Position numbers and translations under genes: made by a program. Of a stretch of DNA of 64,000 nucleotides, positions 35,802 to 46,149 are shown one piece after another (position 1 is the first letter of the stretch; every line of letters begins with the position of its first letter). The DNA comes from a virus, in the IMG/VR virus record IMGVR_UViG_3300030451_004287, positions 32,001 to 96,000 of that record, one strand, 5' to 3'. The notes under the pieces were generated by a model. That model saw only the letters and a program-made list of their open reading frames with translations, made no database searches and was not told the origin of the DNA.

Positions 35802-36052
35802 TTAGATTAACATTATGTAGTTTTTTAGTATTATTTTTTATGTCTAATACAATAAGCGATACTACACCTATCGTAGTTATTGCTGGAGCGTCAATCAAAG
35901 CTCAGTCAGTCCCAGTAAAAGAAAAATATAAAAGAGAAGACTGTCCAATTTGTAAAGGTAAAGGTTGGTACATTAGTGGTGATGGTATCAAAAAGGTTGA
36001 GTGCGGTTACTGTGAACCGTCAAAACCTAAGACTGAATTCTATAAATATTGA
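35798..36052 (+). CDS. Membrane/secreted protein with DnaJ-like Zn-finger
   Basis: Hydrophobic N-terminus; CPICKGKG...CGYC. Confidence 0.7.
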   Translation: MIRLTLCSFLVLFFMSNTISDTTPIVVIAGASIKAQSVPVKEKYKREDCPICKGKGWYISGDGIKKVECGYCEPSKPKTEFYKY

Positions 36053-36060
36053 GGAAAATC

Positions 36061-36426
36061 ATGTCTGATTCACAAGTAGAAAACTTTGCAAGAAAAGTAT
36101 TAGCAGAAACTTCTATACCAGAAGAAGAAGAATTTGGTAGCATTATAGCTTTACTTATGATCATCAGTTTATGCTTTACTGCCATAAGAATTGTACAAGA
36201 ATGCAAAAAGAATAACTCTTCTATAGAAGATATTCAAAGTGATATTATTAAATTTTCTCAAGAGAGAATATTAGCCAAATGGAGACTACGCAGAGAAATG
36301 CGTAAGGCTATGAGTAAACAACAATATAAAAAATATAGGTCTGAATTGGAGTCAGCACTAGTTAATGTAGGGAGTAATATTTCGTATTCAGAAACAGAAG
36401 CTTTACTGGAGGCTATAAATGATTAG
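36061..36426 (+). CDS. Single-TM hypothetical protein
   Basis: RBS GAGG before ATG 36061; TM FGSIIALLMIISLCF. Confidence 0.7.
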   Translation: MSDSQVENFARKVLAETSIPEEEEFGSIIALLMIISLCFTAIRIVQECKKNNSSIEDIQSDIIKFSQERILAKWRLRREMRKAMSKQQYKKYRSELESALVNVGSNISYSETEALLEAIND

Positions 36427-36664
36427 TATATTAGCATGGTGTGTATATGGTGTTATTGTAGGTTCAGTTGCTAAAACAATAGTACCGGGTGAAGAAAAAA
36501 TGGGTTTCTTTCAAACAGTTGCCCTCGGTGTTGTTGGTTCTTATATGGGTGGTGCAGCAAATTACTTATTAGGATTCGATGATGCTTTTGGTCCAACAGG
36601 AATTTTTATGGGAATCGCTGGTGGCGTGCTGGCACTAATAACTTATAATAAATTAAAATCATAG
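36419..36664 (+). CDS. GlsB/YeaQ/YmgE (transglycosylase-associated) membrane protein
   Basis: WCVYGVIVGSVAKTIVPG...GFFQTVALGVVGSYMGG pattern; three TMs. Confidence 0.85.
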   Translation: MISILAWCVYGVIVGSVAKTIVPGEEKMGFFQTVALGVVGSYMGGAANYLLGFDDAFGPTGIFMGIAGGVLALITYNKLKS

Positions 36665-36671
36665 GACTTAA

Positions 36672-37514
36672 ATGTTTATATTCGTAGCTGATTTGTTTGC
36701 TGAAGATTTCTTGGGTGGTGCTGAATTAACTAGTGAAGCTATCTTAAATAAAGCTACAGATAAAGTAATTAAAGTTAGGTCTAGTGATCTTACATTAGAT
36801 TTCGTTAAGTCTCATGAAGACGCTAAATGGATATTTGGTAATTTCTTGGGGATTAATCGTATCATACCAGAATATTTCCTACATAAGAATCTTAACTATT
36901 CTATTATTGAATATGATTATAAATATTGTGATATTAGAATGCCTGAAGCTTGTAAACAACATAGAGGTGAATGTTGTGAAAATAAACCTATTGGTCAATT
37001 AATTAAGAGATTTTTTTTAGGCGCTAAAGATATTTGGTATATGTCTAAGCAGCAAAAAGACTGGTACGAGTCAGTTTTTCCAGAATTAGCAAAAGATAAT
37101 TCTTATGTTTTAAGTTCTATATTTGACGATGCGACTTTAGATAAAATTTGTAAATTAGACACCACCAATAAAGATGATGTATTTTTAATACAAGATCATC
37201 AGCATCCATTAAAAGGAACATCTGTAGCTATCTCTGTAGCAAAAGACAATAATTTAAAGTATCGTAAATTTTCAAATTTATCACATGATCAGTTGCTTGA
37301 ATTATTTGCAAAATCTAAAGGTTTAATTTTTGTTCCAACGCAATTTGATACCTGCCCTAGAGTTACAATAGAAGCTAAAATGCTTGACTGTGCATTAATA
37401 TTAAGTAACAAAGTTCAACACGCTAATGAGGATTGGTTTAACGGATCTAAAGAAGATATAATTAATTACATGAAAGAACGACTAGATTTTTTCTGGACAA
37501 CCGTAAGTAAGTAA
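36672..37514 (+). CDS. GT-B glycosyltransferase-like protein
   Basis: GGAELT N-terminus; DTCPRVTIEAK nucleotide-sugar binding motif. Confidence 0.75.
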   Translation: MFIFVADLFAEDFLGGAELTSEAILNKATDKVIKVRSSDLTLDFVKSHEDAKWIFGNFLGINRIIPEYFLHKNLNYSIIEYDYKYCDIRMPEACKQHRGECCENKPIGQLIKRFFLGAKDIWYMSKQQKDWYESVFPELAKDNSYVLSSIFDDATLDKICKLDTTNKDDVFLIQDHQHPLKGTSVAISVAKDNNLKYRKFSNLSHDQLLELFAKSKGLIFVPTQFDTCPRVTIEAKMLDCALILSNKVQHANEDWFNGSKEDIINYMKERLDFFWTTVSK

Positions 37515-37515
37515 T

Positions 37516-38337
37516 ATGAATACTTTTAAGGTGATAGTTCCTGTGTATAATGCTCAGGAATGGATTATTAATAATTTAAATATTCTTCATTCACAAACAC
37601 ACAAACATTTTGAGTGTGTAATTATTGATGATATGTCTACAGATAAAACTGTAGAATATATTGAAAAATATTTATCTATAATTAATGACGATAGATTTAA
37701 ATTAGTTGTTAATACAGAAAAGGCATACGCTCTTAAAAACATATATCAAGGGATTCAACATGGTGGTGTTGCTTTTTGTGATATCATTGTTGTTGTAGAT
37801 GGCGATGATTGGTTAGTAAATGATAGGGTATTAGAATATTTAGATAAGTTTTATACCGAAAAAGAATGTTGGTTGACATACGGTAGTTTTGTTGTTTATC
37901 CTCATGCTTACAAAGGTAGAGAGGCTAGTCCGTATCCTAACGAAATTATTGAAAAGAATCTTTATAGAAAAGATGCGTGGAGAGCATCACACTTAAAAAC
38001 ATTTAAATATCATCTTTGGTCTAAGGTTGAAGAAAAAGATTTACAGGATAAAGATGGTAAGTTTTATGAGTGTGCGTATGACCAAGCTATGATGTTACCT
38101 ATGTTAGAAATGGCTGGACATAGGGCTGAATATATTGACGAAATTCTATATGTTTATAATGTAACTAATCCACAAGCTGTCAATCAAACAAGAGTAAATA
38201 AACAAACAGAAATTATGGTTGAAGTTAGACATAAACAACCTTATTCTAGAATAGATATATATTCTGAAGGTCTTTTAAAAACCAGCAGCAAATCATTTGT
38301 TGACATAGAGGATACAAAACAAGGCAACAGTAAATGA
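37516..38337 (+). CDS. Glycosyltransferase family 2
   Basis: VIVPVYNA, IIDDMSTD, VDGDDW. Confidence 0.9.
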   Translation: MNTFKVIVPVYNAQEWIINNLNILHSQTHKHFECVIIDDMSTDKTVEYIEKYLSIINDDRFKLVVNTEKAYALKNIYQGIQHGGVAFCDIIVVVDGDDWLVNDRVLEYLDKFYTEKECWLTYGSFVVYPHAYKGREASPYPNEIIEKNLYRKDAWRASHLKTFKYHLWSKVEEKDLQDKDGKFYECAYDQAMMLPMLEMAGHRAEYIDEILYVYNVTNPQAVNQTRVNKQTEIMVEVRHKQPYSRIDIYSEGLLKTSSKSFVDIEDTKQGNSK

Positions 38338-39242
38338 AGATAGCATTGGAAAATGTAGATTTAAATAGTAGCAGCGGTCCAAACTCATTCGGGCAAAAAT
38401 TAGTTGCACATTTAAAAGACACTGTTAGTACAGGCGGTACTCATGCTCAATTTACAAACATAAGTGACGCTGATATAGCATTGTGTTTTATTGAATCGAC
38501 GACTCAAATAAACATACCAAGAGTTTTAAGACTAGATGGAATTTATTTTAATTCCGCAATGAATTACGATCAATTAAATTTTAATATAAAACATACATAC
38601 GATCGTTCACAAGGTATTATATTTCAATCTGAATTTAATAAAAAGCTAATAACAAAATACTTTGGAGAGCATAATAATAGTGTTGTGATCCATAATGGTG
38701 CTGACGTAGAAACAATTTCAAAAATACCAGCATATGAACACAACTATAATAATCTTTGGATCTGTGCATCACAATGGAGACCTCATAAAAGACTTGATAA
38801 AAATATAAGATATTTTTTAGAACATAAAGAAGTTGGAGATCATTTAATTGTAGCGGGTAATACTCCTAGTCAAATAGAAGATCCACGAATTACATATGTT
38901 GGTCAATTAAATCAAAATCAATTATATAGTTTGTATAAATCAGCAAAATACTTTTTACATCTAGCTTGGCTAGATCATTGTCCAAATGTTGTTGTAGATG
39001 CTAGAGCTTGTGGTTGTCATATTATATGTACCAATGCTGGTGGTACAGTAGAAATAGCTGGGCCAAATTCTACTATTATAGATGAAGACGAATGGGATTT
39101 TAAACCAGTTGCTTTATACGAACCCCCTAATTTAGACTTTAGTAAAAAAATTGACAATGTCTATAATGTAGATTACAATATGAATATTGTTGCTAGTAAA
39201 TATCTCAATTTTATAAAGGATGTTCATGCCAGTAGTCATTAG
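38334..39242 (+). CDS. Glycosyltransferase family 4
   Basis: SGPNSF, WRPHKRL, DHCPNVVVDARACG. Confidence 0.85.
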   Translation: MKIALENVDLNSSSGPNSFGQKLVAHLKDTVSTGGTHAQFTNISDADIALCFIESTTQINIPRVLRLDGIYFNSAMNYDQLNFNIKHTYDRSQGIIFQSEFNKKLITKYFGEHNNSVVIHNGADVETISKIPAYEHNYNNLWICASQWRPHKRLDKNIRYFLEHKEVGDHLIVAGNTPSQIEDPRITYVGQLNQNQLYSLYKSAKYFLHLAWLDHCPNVVVDARACGCHIICTNAGGTVEIAGPNSTIIDEDEWDFKPVALYEPPNLDFSKKIDNVYNVDYNMNIVASKYLNFIKDVHASSH

Positions 39243-40044
39243 AAATATCTTTGAAGAATACGTTAAAGACACTTTTAATTTGCAAGATTGCATCGCTGTT
39301 AATAGCGGAACTAGTGCTTTAATAGCAACTTTATGGTCTATGGATTTAAAACCCGACGATGAAGTAATAACAACACCATTTACATTTATTGCTACATCTA
39401 ATGCTATTTTGATAGCTGGTGCTAAACCTGTATTTGTGGATATTGATCCAAATACTTTACTAATTGACGCAAATAAAATTAAGGAAAAAATCAATAGTAA
39501 AACCAAAGCAATTATGCCCGTACATTTATACGGTCGTGTATGTGATATGGACGCTATCAATAGTCTTGCAAAATCAAATAACTTAGCAGTTATTGAAGAT
39601 AGTTCTCAGGCTTTTGGGGCTACATATAAAGACGGATGTAATAATATTAGACAAGCTGGAATGATGAGTGATGCTGGAACTTTTAGTTTTTATAAAACAA
39701 AAAACATATCTACATTTGAAGGAGGTATGATATGTATACCTAAGTATAGTAAGATTGATAGTGTTAAAGTAAGATCTATTTGTGACCAAGGTCAAATTGG
39801 TAGATATAATCATGAGTATATAGGTTTTAATTTTAGATTAGCTGAACCATTATGTCTAATGGCATACGAACAAATGAAATTACATATGACTGGAATAAAA
39901 TCTGAACTAGGTTTAAGAGGACCAAAACAAGGACATTATCCTAAAGTAGTATATGAACAGCCTATTTATAAGAAATTAAATATCACCGGAGACTGCCCAA
40001 TAGCAGAAAATGTTGCCGACAAAATTTCTAAGGGAGAATATTGA
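39220..40044 (+). CDS. DegT/DnrJ/EryC1/StrS sugar aminotransferase (short)
   Basis: NSGTSAL, TTPFTFIAT, PVHLYG, IEDSSQAFGA, FSFYKTKNI..EGG, GFNFRL. Confidence 0.9.
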   Translation: MFMPVVIRNIFEEYVKDTFNLQDCIAVNSGTSALIATLWSMDLKPDDEVITTPFTFIATSNAILIAGAKPVFVDIDPNTLLIDANKIKEKINSKTKAIMPVHLYGRVCDMDAINSLAKSNNLAVIEDSSQAFGATYKDGCNNIRQAGMMSDAGTFSFYKTKNISTFEGGMICIPKYSKIDSVKVRSICDQGQIGRYNHEYIGFNFRLAEPLCLMAYEQMKLHMTGIKSELGLRGPKQGHYPKVVYEQPIYKKLNITGDCPIAENVADKISKGEY

Positions 40045-40871
40045 TGCGGTGTGCTGTGATTGGTTTGGGTGTGATGGGTAAAAATCATTATAAGATTTTA
40101 CAAGACATGCCTGCTATAAGTTCTGTTGTTACAGTAGATAGCCAAGAACCAGCAACATACAATAGTGTATCAGATATGCTCGTAGCGGAAGATGATATTG
40201 ATTTTGCTGTTGTGGCAACACCTACAATATCACACAAAGACGTTGCTATAGAATTAATTAAAAATAAAATACATGTATTAATAGAAAAACCAATATCTAA
40301 TGATATAGAAAATTCTAAAAAAATATTATATTTATCAACTCTAAACAATGTTAAAGTTGCAGTAGGCCATATTGAAAGATTTAATCCTGCGATTCAAAAT
40401 CTTCTAAAGCAAATAGAAGGTCAACAGGTAATTAATTGCAACATTATTAGGATTGGTCCGTATCCATCTAGAATTAAAGATGTAGGTGTTAAATTAGATT
40501 TGTCTGTTCATGATATGGATTTGTTGTCTTTTTTAACAAAAGAAAAAATAATAGACTCTTATTGTATATCTTCTAATATTAAAGGAGTCAATGAAGATAC
40601 GGTTAATTTTTTGTGTAAAATGTCTAATGGTTGTACCGGAACTATTTTTAATAGTTGGTTATCGCCACATAAAAAAAGAAACATTGAAATCTTAACAACA
40701 GAACAGTATTATAATGTTGATCTGATGTCGCATAATCTTAAAGGTAATGCTTTACAGTTAGAGTTAGAAGAATTTATTAAATATATTCAAACTGGAAACA
40801 TAGGATTTTTGTGCTCCCCCTCAGAAGCTATCAACACTCTAATTAATATATTATGGACGCAAATAACATAA
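40044..40871 (+). CDS. Gfo/Idh/MocA oxidoreductase (WlbA-like)
   Basis: IGLGVMG, HVLIEKP, VGHIERFNP, DLSVHDMD. Confidence 0.9.
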   Translation: MRCAVIGLGVMGKNHYKILQDMPAISSVVTVDSQEPATYNSVSDMLVAEDDIDFAVVATPTISHKDVAIELIKNKIHVLIEKPISNDIENSKKILYLSTLNNVKVAVGHIERFNPAIQNLLKQIEGQQVINCNIIRIGPYPSRIKDVGVKLDLSVHDMDLLSFLTKEKIIDSYCISSNIKGVNEDTVNFLCKMSNGCTGTIFNSWLSPHKKRNIEILTTEQYYNVDLMSHNLKGNALQLELEEFIKYIQTGNIGFLCSPSEAINTLINILWTQIT

Positions 40872-41740
40872 ACGCTTGTATTGTTTACATATCATCTAGA
40901 CACAAGTGTATAGACCAATCTTTACAGTCTCTATGGGAAAATTATAATTGTAAATATAATTATCCTGTTTATGTACATTACTTTGATGACATATATGATA
41001 ATAAAGTATCAAATACAGAACAGAATGTAAAATTTATTAGTGTTCCGTATAAAACACCAAGCTTTATACCAGAGAACGAACTGTTTTATAATCGTATGAA
41101 TTTGTGGTATGTAAGATCTAGTTTTAATATACAAAGAAAAGGTTATTTACATATGTGCAATTTTACTAGCAATATGTTTAAATATCCTAATACAGAAATA
41201 CATAATCACGATTTTGTGATGACTGTAGATGATGAGTCAATGTTTGTTAAAGAAATGCCTTACGACCCATTTGCTAAACTAATAGAAAACGATAAAGTTT
41301 TTGCGGCTATGAAGGTTGTAGATCAAACGGTTAAGAAACCACATCAAGGTAATTTTGACACAAGAATTAATCTATGGAATTTTGTCAAAGAATATATATC
41401 GCAAAATAACATAGAGCCTGCATCATCATTTATCTTAAAATTATTATCAGATCCTCAGAGTGATTACAATTTTAATTTTTATCCAGTTGCAGATTCTTAT
41501 GTTATAAACACTAAGCTGTTTGAAAGCCCAGAATGGAAACAGTGGATCAATGCAGTAAATGAGTCTGGTGGAATTTATAAATATCGTTGGGGTGATAATG
41601 ATGTGTATAGTTTATTTTGGTTAATATACAAGGGTGATTGTATCCATGATTTAAAAACAGTAGACGAAGGATATCATTCACAAGGAGCTTTAAGGCATTT
41701 ACAAGACTATGCTCCGGGTGTTAAAAATTTAGGACTATAA
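40853..41740 (+). CDS. GT15 (KRE2/Mnt1-like) mannosyltransferase
   Basis: GYLHMCNF, VDDES, GGIYKYRWGD. Confidence 0.75.
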   Translation: MDANNINACIVYISSRHKCIDQSLQSLWENYNCKYNYPVYVHYFDDIYDNKVSNTEQNVKFISVPYKTPSFIPENELFYNRMNLWYVRSSFNIQRKGYLHMCNFTSNMFKYPNTEIHNHDFVMTVDDESMFVKEMPYDPFAKLIENDKVFAAMKVVDQTVKKPHQGNFDTRINLWNFVKEYISQNNIEPASSFILKLLSDPQSDYNFNFYPVADSYVINTKLFESPEWKQWINAVNESGGIYKYRWGDNDVYSLFWLIYKGDCIHDLKTVDEGYHSQGALRHLQDYAPGVKNLGL

Positions 41741-41746
41741 ATTATA

Positions 41747-42670
41747 ATGAAAATTCTTTACATAGATCGTGGAAGTGTCACTAATAGTAATTATACATAT
41801 CAATACTATGGTGATTTTTATAGAGAATTACAAAAGAAAGCTGATGTAACATTATACCAAAGTTATATCGAGAGTGTAAACTTACAAAATTATGATTGTG
41901 TAATTTTTGGTCTAGGATTTTTTGCCCAAACTCACAAAGACGCATATACATATTTTGAAAATATTGCTAACGCAAATATTCCTGTAGTTTGTATGATACA
42001 TAAGTTAATGACTTTAGTACCAGAAAAGCTAAATTTTTGTAAGATAAATAATATAGATTTACTATTACATCCACACATAACTTATAAAGATGATGCTAAA
42101 AGTATTGATGGTGAGACTATTAGATTTTGGTTTGGTGCTGATCCGGAAATTTATTATCCAAGAGATATTGCTAAAATATATGACATAGGTTTTAGTGGAA
42201 CTGCTCATGGTGGAGATAAGATACCGGGACCAACCAATGATCTTAGAAATAGAGTACATGGTAAGTTACTAAAAAATAATTACAGTCTATTCTGGAACAT
42301 TGAAAATAGAATACCCGTTGAAGAATACGCTACAAAAATGTGTTCATGTAAAATGTGGGTTTCTACAACAGGCCCGGTATTAGATGTAAGTCCCAGATAT
42401 TTCGAAGTTATGTTATCAAAGACGCTACTTCTGTGTAATAATATGCCATATGAATACGAAGGCGTTTTTAAAGATGGTATTAACTGTGTAACTTTTGCAA
42501 ATGATTTAAGCGATTTAGAAGAAAAGGTTGAGTATTATTTGAACAATGACGAAGAAAGAAAAAAAATTATTGATAATGCTTACGATATGGCTATAAGTAA
42601 TTACACATGGTCTGCAATTACAGATAATGTTTTAAACAAGATAAGAGAAATCAAACATGACAGAGTATAA
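41747..42670 (+). CDS. Glycosyltransferase (CgeB/Glyco_trans_1_2-like)
   Basis: YDIGFSG, SPRYFEV, YYLNNDEERKKI..AY. Confidence 0.8.
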   Translation: MKILYIDRGSVTNSNYTYQYYGDFYRELQKKADVTLYQSYIESVNLQNYDCVIFGLGFFAQTHKDAYTYFENIANANIPVVCMIHKLMTLVPEKLNFCKINNIDLLLHPHITYKDDAKSIDGETIRFWFGADPEIYYPRDIAKIYDIGFSGTAHGGDKIPGPTNDLRNRVHGKLLKNNYSLFWNIENRIPVEEYATKMCSCKMWVSTTGPVLDVSPRYFEVMLSKTLLLCNNMPYEYEGVFKDGINCVTFANDLSDLEEKVEYYLNNDEERKKIIDNAYDMAISNYTWSAITDNVLNKIREIKHDRV

Positions 42671-43367
42671 TCCTTGGCCTTTAGGTAGTTTACCTGAAAA
42701 TTTTAGAAGACCTGAAATAGATCAGCTAAAATCAGCTGGATATGATATTGATGATGCTAGAGATGCTGTTACTATTTTTGAAAATAAAATAGCTGAATAT
42801 GCTGGTAGTAAATATGCTGTGGCTGTTGATAGCTGTACTGATGCTTTATTTTTGTCTTTAAAATATATTAACGCAAATGACACTATTACATTCCCATCAA
42901 GAACATATGTTTCTGCACCTATGGCTGCCGTTTTAGCAGGATGCAATATTAAATTTAAAGATTACGCATGGAGTGGACTATACCGATTAGACCCATATCC
43001 TGTCGTAGATAGTGCAGTAAGATTTACAAAAGATATGTATGTTAAAGATACTTTACAGTGTTTATCTTTTCAAATCAAAAAACGACTACCAATCGGTAAG
43101 GGTGGTATGATTTTAACTGACAGTAAAGAAGCAGAGCGATGGTTGAGACTAGCTTCATTTGAGGGTAGAGATTTATCTGTTCCATATGATCAAGATGAAT
43201 TTGCTATGATAGGATGGAATATGTACATGACACCAGAAGATGCTGCTAGAGGAATACTATTATTCGATCAATTATCCACACACAATCCCGACAGTTGCAC
43301 ACATGAAGATTATCATGATTTAACTACAAAGGAAATATTTAAAGATGGCGAATATAAGATACGTTAG
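42657..43367 (+). CDS. DegT-family aminotransferase (short)
   Basis: FENKIAEYAGSKYAVAVDSCTDALFL, LSFQIKKRLPIGKGGMILTD, GWNMYM. Confidence 0.85.
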   Translation: MTEYNPWPLGSLPENFRRPEIDQLKSAGYDIDDARDAVTIFENKIAEYAGSKYAVAVDSCTDALFLSLKYINANDTITFPSRTYVSAPMAAVLAGCNIKFKDYAWSGLYRLDPYPVVDSAVRFTKDMYVKDTLQCLSFQIKKRLPIGKGGMILTDSKEAERWLRLASFEGRDLSVPYDQDEFAMIGWNMYMTPEDAARGILLFDQLSTHNPDSCTHEDYHDLTTKEIFKDGEYKIR

Positions 43368-44679
43368 TCACGCTTCTGTATTAATTGAATCTAACAATCA
43401 AACAATTCTTACAGATCCTTGGTATGACAAACCTGCTTTTGGTAGTTGGTTACCAACACCTCCAATGAGTATACATCCCGTTTATATATTAACGTTAGCA
43501 AAAGATAATCCTAATTTTAGTTTAGCTATATCTCATGGTCATGATGATCATATTGATGATCACTTTTTATCTTTGTTTGATAAAAATACTAGAGTGCTAA
43601 TTCCAGAATATAGCTCAAAAGGTTTTTTGTTTAGAATTAAAAATAAAGGTTTTACTAACATTATAGAAGTTCCAACTTCAGGATATTCTTTTAACAATGT
43701 TACTGTCAAGTCTTATATTAATACAGAAATTTCAAGAGATGATGGTATTTTAACATTTGAATTTCCTCATCATTTCATAGTTCATGCTAACGACAACTGG
43801 CAAGAAATCACAGGGTCAAATTTTGAGCAAATGAAAGCAGATGCAGATAGGTTTGCTCCTGATAGAAAACTATTTATGTCTCAATGTAATTTAGCTGATG
43901 GATGGCCAAATATATACAGAGACTATTCAGAAGAAGAAAAGAATGACATTCATGAAAAAAGAGTTAATAATATTATTAAAAATAGCCTAGGTAATGCTAA
44001 TAGTCTTCGAATTAGAAATTTTCTGAACTATGCTGGTCATGCGTCTGCTTTTGTAAAGAATAGACCAGATCTAAAAAGTAAAGTATCGTTTAAGTCCAAC
44101 GAATACATACAAGATATAGTTAGAAAATCAAAGTTTGATGTTAATGTTTTAAATATGATTCCGGGAGATACTTTTAATTTTGAAGGAGTACGCAAATTAT
44201 TCCAGCAAAATTTAGATGAAGAAGAATTAAAACAGCAATCTTTTGCATTTTATGAAGCAACAAATAAACTTGATGAGTGTGATTCTTATAAGAATTATGA
44301 ATCTCTACCTTACGATGAAATGAAAAATCTATTAGATGAATTTGTAAAAGGTTTTGCAGAATTTGTTACTCCTAGAATAGATAGAACACAATTTAATACA
44401 GATATTTTAGGATATAAAGTAGTGTTCAGTTCTACAGGAAATGATACTATATCTAGTAGTGTTGTAGTTGGTGATGAATTTAAAGATAAAACAGTACACT
44501 TTTATGTTCTTAATAGCGTGCTGTCTGCTTTATTAAGAGGAGAAATTAATTGGGAAAATTTATATATTGGATATGGCGCTGAGATAGAAACGACCCCTAA
44601 AGATACGAATGCTCGTGCAGTTATACGATGGATGGCTATGTATGGCTATGTTTATCAAAGGAATATAAATGCAAGATAA
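43345..44679 (+). CDS. Metallo-beta-lactamase-fold hydrolase (CMAH/UlaG-like)
   Basis: HASVLI, LTDPW...AFGSW, ISHGHDDH, HAND. Confidence 0.8.
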   Translation: MANIRYVSHASVLIESNNQTILTDPWYDKPAFGSWLPTPPMSIHPVYILTLAKDNPNFSLAISHGHDDHIDDHFLSLFDKNTRVLIPEYSSKGFLFRIKNKGFTNIIEVPTSGYSFNNVTVKSYINTEISRDDGILTFEFPHHFIVHANDNWQEITGSNFEQMKADADRFAPDRKLFMSQCNLADGWPNIYRDYSEEEKNDIHEKRVNNIIKNSLGNANSLRIRNFLNYAGHASAFVKNRPDLKSKVSFKSNEYIQDIVRKSKFDVNVLNMIPGDTFNFEGVRKLFQQNLDEEELKQQSFAFYEATNKLDECDSYKNYESLPYDEMKNLLDEFVKGFAEFVTPRIDRTQFNTDILGYKVVFSSTGNDTISSSVVVGDEFKDKTVHFYVLNSVLSALLRGEINWENLYIGYGAEIETTPKDTNARAVIRWMAMYGYVYQRNINAR

Positions 44680-45217
44680 TATTTTTTTCGATGTAAGTAA
44701 ATTAAAACACGTTGGCAAAAATGTGGTTATAGGTAAGACTGTTAGAATTAGACAGCCAGAAAATGTAACCATAGGTGATAATACTATTATTGATGACTTT
44801 GCTTATATTTCAGCTAAAATAGATATCGGTAAAAACTGCCATATTGCTTCACACTCATCTATTAGTGGCAGTAAAGGTAAATTCACTATGGGCGATTATT
44901 CTACTTTGGCTCATGGGTGTTCTATTCATTGTGCATCTAGTGATTACAGAGAATGCTCGCTAGACCTACCATCTGTTCCAAAAGAACAACAGTTTGGTGG
45001 ATGTGTTGAAGACATTGTTATTGGTGATTTTGTAACATTAGGCACATATTGTTGTGTGTTACCGGGATCTAATATTCCTGATGGTACAGCTTTTGGTGCA
45101 TATACGTTAATTAAAAAAGAAAGTAAACTATTACCATTTCATTTATACGCAGGACATAAATGTAAAGACCTAGGAGAAAGAACAAAACAGGAGTTATTAA
45201 AAAACATAAAACCATGA
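44669..45217 (+). CDS. Hexapeptide-repeat acyltransferase
   Basis: IGDNTIIDDF, IGKNCHI, IGDFVTLG..VLPG repeats. Confidence 0.9.
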   Translation: MQDNIFFDVSKLKHVGKNVVIGKTVRIRQPENVTIGDNTIIDDFAYISAKIDIGKNCHIASHSSISGSKGKFTMGDYSTLAHGCSIHCASSDYRECSLDLPSVPKEQQFGGCVEDIVIGDFVTLGTYCCVLPGSNIPDGTAFGAYTLIKKESKLLPFHLYAGHKCKDLGERTKQELLKNIKP

Positions 45218-46149
45218 GAATATTAGTATTAGGTCATACGGGTTTTGTAGGAACAAACCTTATAAATAGATTAATTATTGATAATAAACATCATATTATG
45301 GGGGCTTCAAGATCAGATGGTATTTATAATCATCGTATTAATTTGTTAGATTATGATCATACAAAAAGCTATCTACTACGATATAAGCCAGATGTTATCT
45401 ACAACTTAGCATGTCATGGTGGCAGCATGAAGTATGTAAGAGATTTTGCTGCTGATGTGATTTTTGATAATACTCAAATGGCTTTAAATTTATACAAAGC
45501 TGTTAATAGCATAGATCCTAAAATTAAAATTATACAACCATTTTCTAATTGTTCTTATCCCGGTGATAGCAGTGTACAGCATGAGGACGAATGGTTATCT
45601 GGAGAAGTTCATCCGTCAGTATTTTCTTATGGGAATGCTAAGAGAAGTATATATTATATATCTAAATGTTATAATGATCAATATAATATTAATAGCGTTA
45701 ATTTATTGTTGCCAAATACATATGGTCCGGGAGATTCTATAGACCCAAATCATACACACGCTTTAAATGGTATGATTATTAGAATGATACAAGCAAAGCG
45801 TTCTGGACAAGAAAGGTTTGAAGTCTGGGGTACTGGCAAACCAATTCGAGAATGGGCTTATATAGATGATTTTATAGAGGCTTTAGTACGAGCTATAGAT
45901 TTAAATAACATGGTTTATCCAGTAAATGTGGGGCAAGAAAGGGGATATTCTATTGCTGAATCAGCTCAAATTATTAAAGAACAACTTGGCTATGAAGGTG
46001 AGATATTTTTTGATACTAGTCACCAAGACGGTGATCCCTGTAAAATTTTAAGTAAAGGTAATTTTAATAATCTATTTACAAATTTTAAATGGTATGATCA
46101 TACTCAAGGAATAGCAAATACTATTAGGTATTATGAAAGTAAACTATGA
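45214..46149 (+). CDS. fcl: GDP-L-fucose synthase-like NAD-dependent epimerase/reductase
   Basis: GHTGFVG, CSYPG, YGNAKR, NTYGPGD, HAL, VWGTGKPIREW. Confidence 0.8.
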   Translation: MRILVLGHTGFVGTNLINRLIIDNKHHIMGASRSDGIYNHRINLLDYDHTKSYLLRYKPDVIYNLACHGGSMKYVRDFAADVIFDNTQMALNLYKAVNSIDPKIKIIQPFSNCSYPGDSSVQHEDEWLSGEVHPSVFSYGNAKRSIYYISKCYNDQYNINSVNLLLPNTYGPGDSIDPNHTHALNGMIIRMIQAKRSGQERFEVWGTGKPIREWAYIDDFIEALVRAIDLNNMVYPVNVGQERGYSIAESAQIIKEQLGYEGEIFFDTSHQDGDPCKILSKGNFNNLFTNFKWYDHTQGIANTIRYYESKL

